From positions 12,085 to 76,084 of the forward strand of contig JAZDFA010000003.1 in the NCBI GenBank assembly GCA_043808285.1: a DNA stretch of 64,000 bases, given 5' to 3'. This document shows, in pieces, positions 63,216 to 64,000 of the stretch; within the stretch, counting starts at the first letter, position 1, and every line of letters starts with the position of its first letter. A model generated the notes under the pieces. It was not told the origin of the DNA, did no database searches, and worked only from the letters and a program-made list of their open reading frames with translations. Made by a program: the position numbers and the translations under genes. This DNA is from an archaeon (GTDB lineage Archaea; Nanobdellota; Nanobdellia; Pacearchaeales; DTIR01).

Positions 63216-64000
63216 ATGATGAAATGCAAAACTGAAAAAAAAGAAGATAGAAGAGTGGTTGAGTGCAGCAATGCTATCGCTCATGCGGTAAGGCAATGCA
63301 AACCTGGAGTAATACCTGCATACCCAATAACTCCCCAAACACATATAGTGGAGGATATTGCAGAAATGATTGCAAAAGATGAATTGAAAGCAGAGCTTAT
63401 AGATGTTGAATCAGAGCATAGTGCAATGTCTGCAGCTATTGGTGCAAGCGCAACGGGTGTAAGAACATTTACTGCTTCTTCTTCTCAAGGGATAGGATTA
63501 ATGCATGAAATGATTTTCATTGCAGCCGGAATGAGGCTTCCAATAGTAATGGCTGTTGCAAACAGGACATTATCTGCCCCAATAAATATATGGAATGACC
63601 ATTCAGATACTATGGCTGAAAGAGACTCTGGCTGGATACAGCTTTACTGCGAAAACTCTCAAGAAGCATATGATACTTCAATAATGGCTTACAAGATTGC
63701 AGAAAATAAAAAGGTAATGCTTCCAGTAATGGTGTGCATTGATGGATTTACATTAAGCCATCTTTGGGAGCCTGTAAAATTTGAAGATGACAAAAAAGTT
63801 GAGCAATTTGTCGGGAAATTTGTTCCATTACATACCCTTGACCCTTCTTCTCCAAAGACATTCGGTGCTTTAGCATTCCCAAAAGATTTTATGAATTTCA
63901 AAAAACAGCAGGAGGATGCAATAAAAAATGCAATCGAAGTTATAGGCAAGATTAATTCTGATTTCAAGAAGAGTTTTGGAAGAGATTATGGAAGCGGATT
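63216..64000 (+). CDS. porA: Pyruvate:ferredoxin oxidoreductase alpha subunit (3-prime end beyond the window)
   Basis: Hand translation: MMKCKTEKKEDRRVVECSNAIAHAVRQCKPGVIPAYPITPQTHIVEDIAEM...ESEHSAMSAAIGASATGVRTFTASSSQGIGLMHEMIFIAAGMRLPIVMAVANRTLSAPINIWNDHSD. Absent from the ORF track because it has no stop inside the window. Confidence 0.9.
   Translation, partial: MMKCKTEKKEDRRVVECSNAIAHAVRQCKPGVIPAYPITPQTHIVEDIAEMIAKDELKAELIDVESEHSAMSAAIGASATGVRTFTASSSQGIGLMHEMIFIAAGMRLPIVMAVANRTLSAPINIWNDHSDTMAERDSGWIQLYCENSQEAYDTSIMAYKIAENKKVMLPVMVCIDGFTLSHLWEPVKFEDDKKVEQFVGKFVPLHTLDPSSPKTFGALAFPKDFMNFKKQQEDAIKNAIEVIGKINSDFKKSFGRDYGSG

Noticed and set aside
1-64000. CRISPR arrays, rRNA genes, and IS elements or transposases
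   Set aside because: I found no regularly spaced direct repeats, no rRNA-like conserved stretches in any spacer, and no ORF with DDE, HUH or integrase motifs. The only repeats are the irregular hairpin modules reported above.

Overview
AT-rich (about one third G+C by eye), gene-dense archaeal chromosome segment. The small proteins, compact spacers and reduced but complete information-processing genes suggest a DPANN-type or similar small-genome archaeon; this is inference only. I support about 75 protein genes and 5 tRNA genes (Asn-GUU, Ile-GAU with a very short intron, Pro-GGG, Gly-CCC, Val-CAC). I see no rRNA, CRISPR array, integrase or transposase. Core genes: DNA ligase (5-prime truncated by the window), TBP (with an in-frame TAA), MCM plus an RPA2-like OB-fold protein, aIF2-beta, aIF1A, KH/Dim2-like protein, ValRS, aRF1, ScpB, RpoL, RadB, an XPD/DinG-like helicase, type IA topoisomerase, endonuclease V, MinD and Sec61-beta. 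Metabolism: a co-directional glycolysis block at 12437-19045 (ROK glucokinase, cupin PGI, TIM, class I FBA, PfkB kinase, PGK, bacterial-type GAPDH), SAH hydrolase, APRT, and porG-porD-(inserted ORF)-porA at the right edge. There is a run of four peptidases (M23, M29, M16, Lon-like S16). Points worth a second look: (1) a family of modular hairpin repeats at 8 or more intergenic loci, some supplying the last codons of genes; (2) a 10.7 kb accessory cluster between tRNA-Pro and tRNA-Gly (GT2, alpha/beta hydrolase, flavoprotein, YhgE/Pip-like ABC-2 exporter, CapK/PaaK-like ligase, patatin, B12-type radical SAM with a Cx4Cx2C motif, acyl-CoA ligase); (3) a four-gene cassette of unknowns at 58078-59830 with a HEPN-like Rx4H protein, divergent from a TrmB-like regulator; (4) the interrupted tbp; (5) an unknown ORF translationally coupled inside the por operon. 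All functional calls come from motif recognition by eye in the supplied translations. No database search was run.
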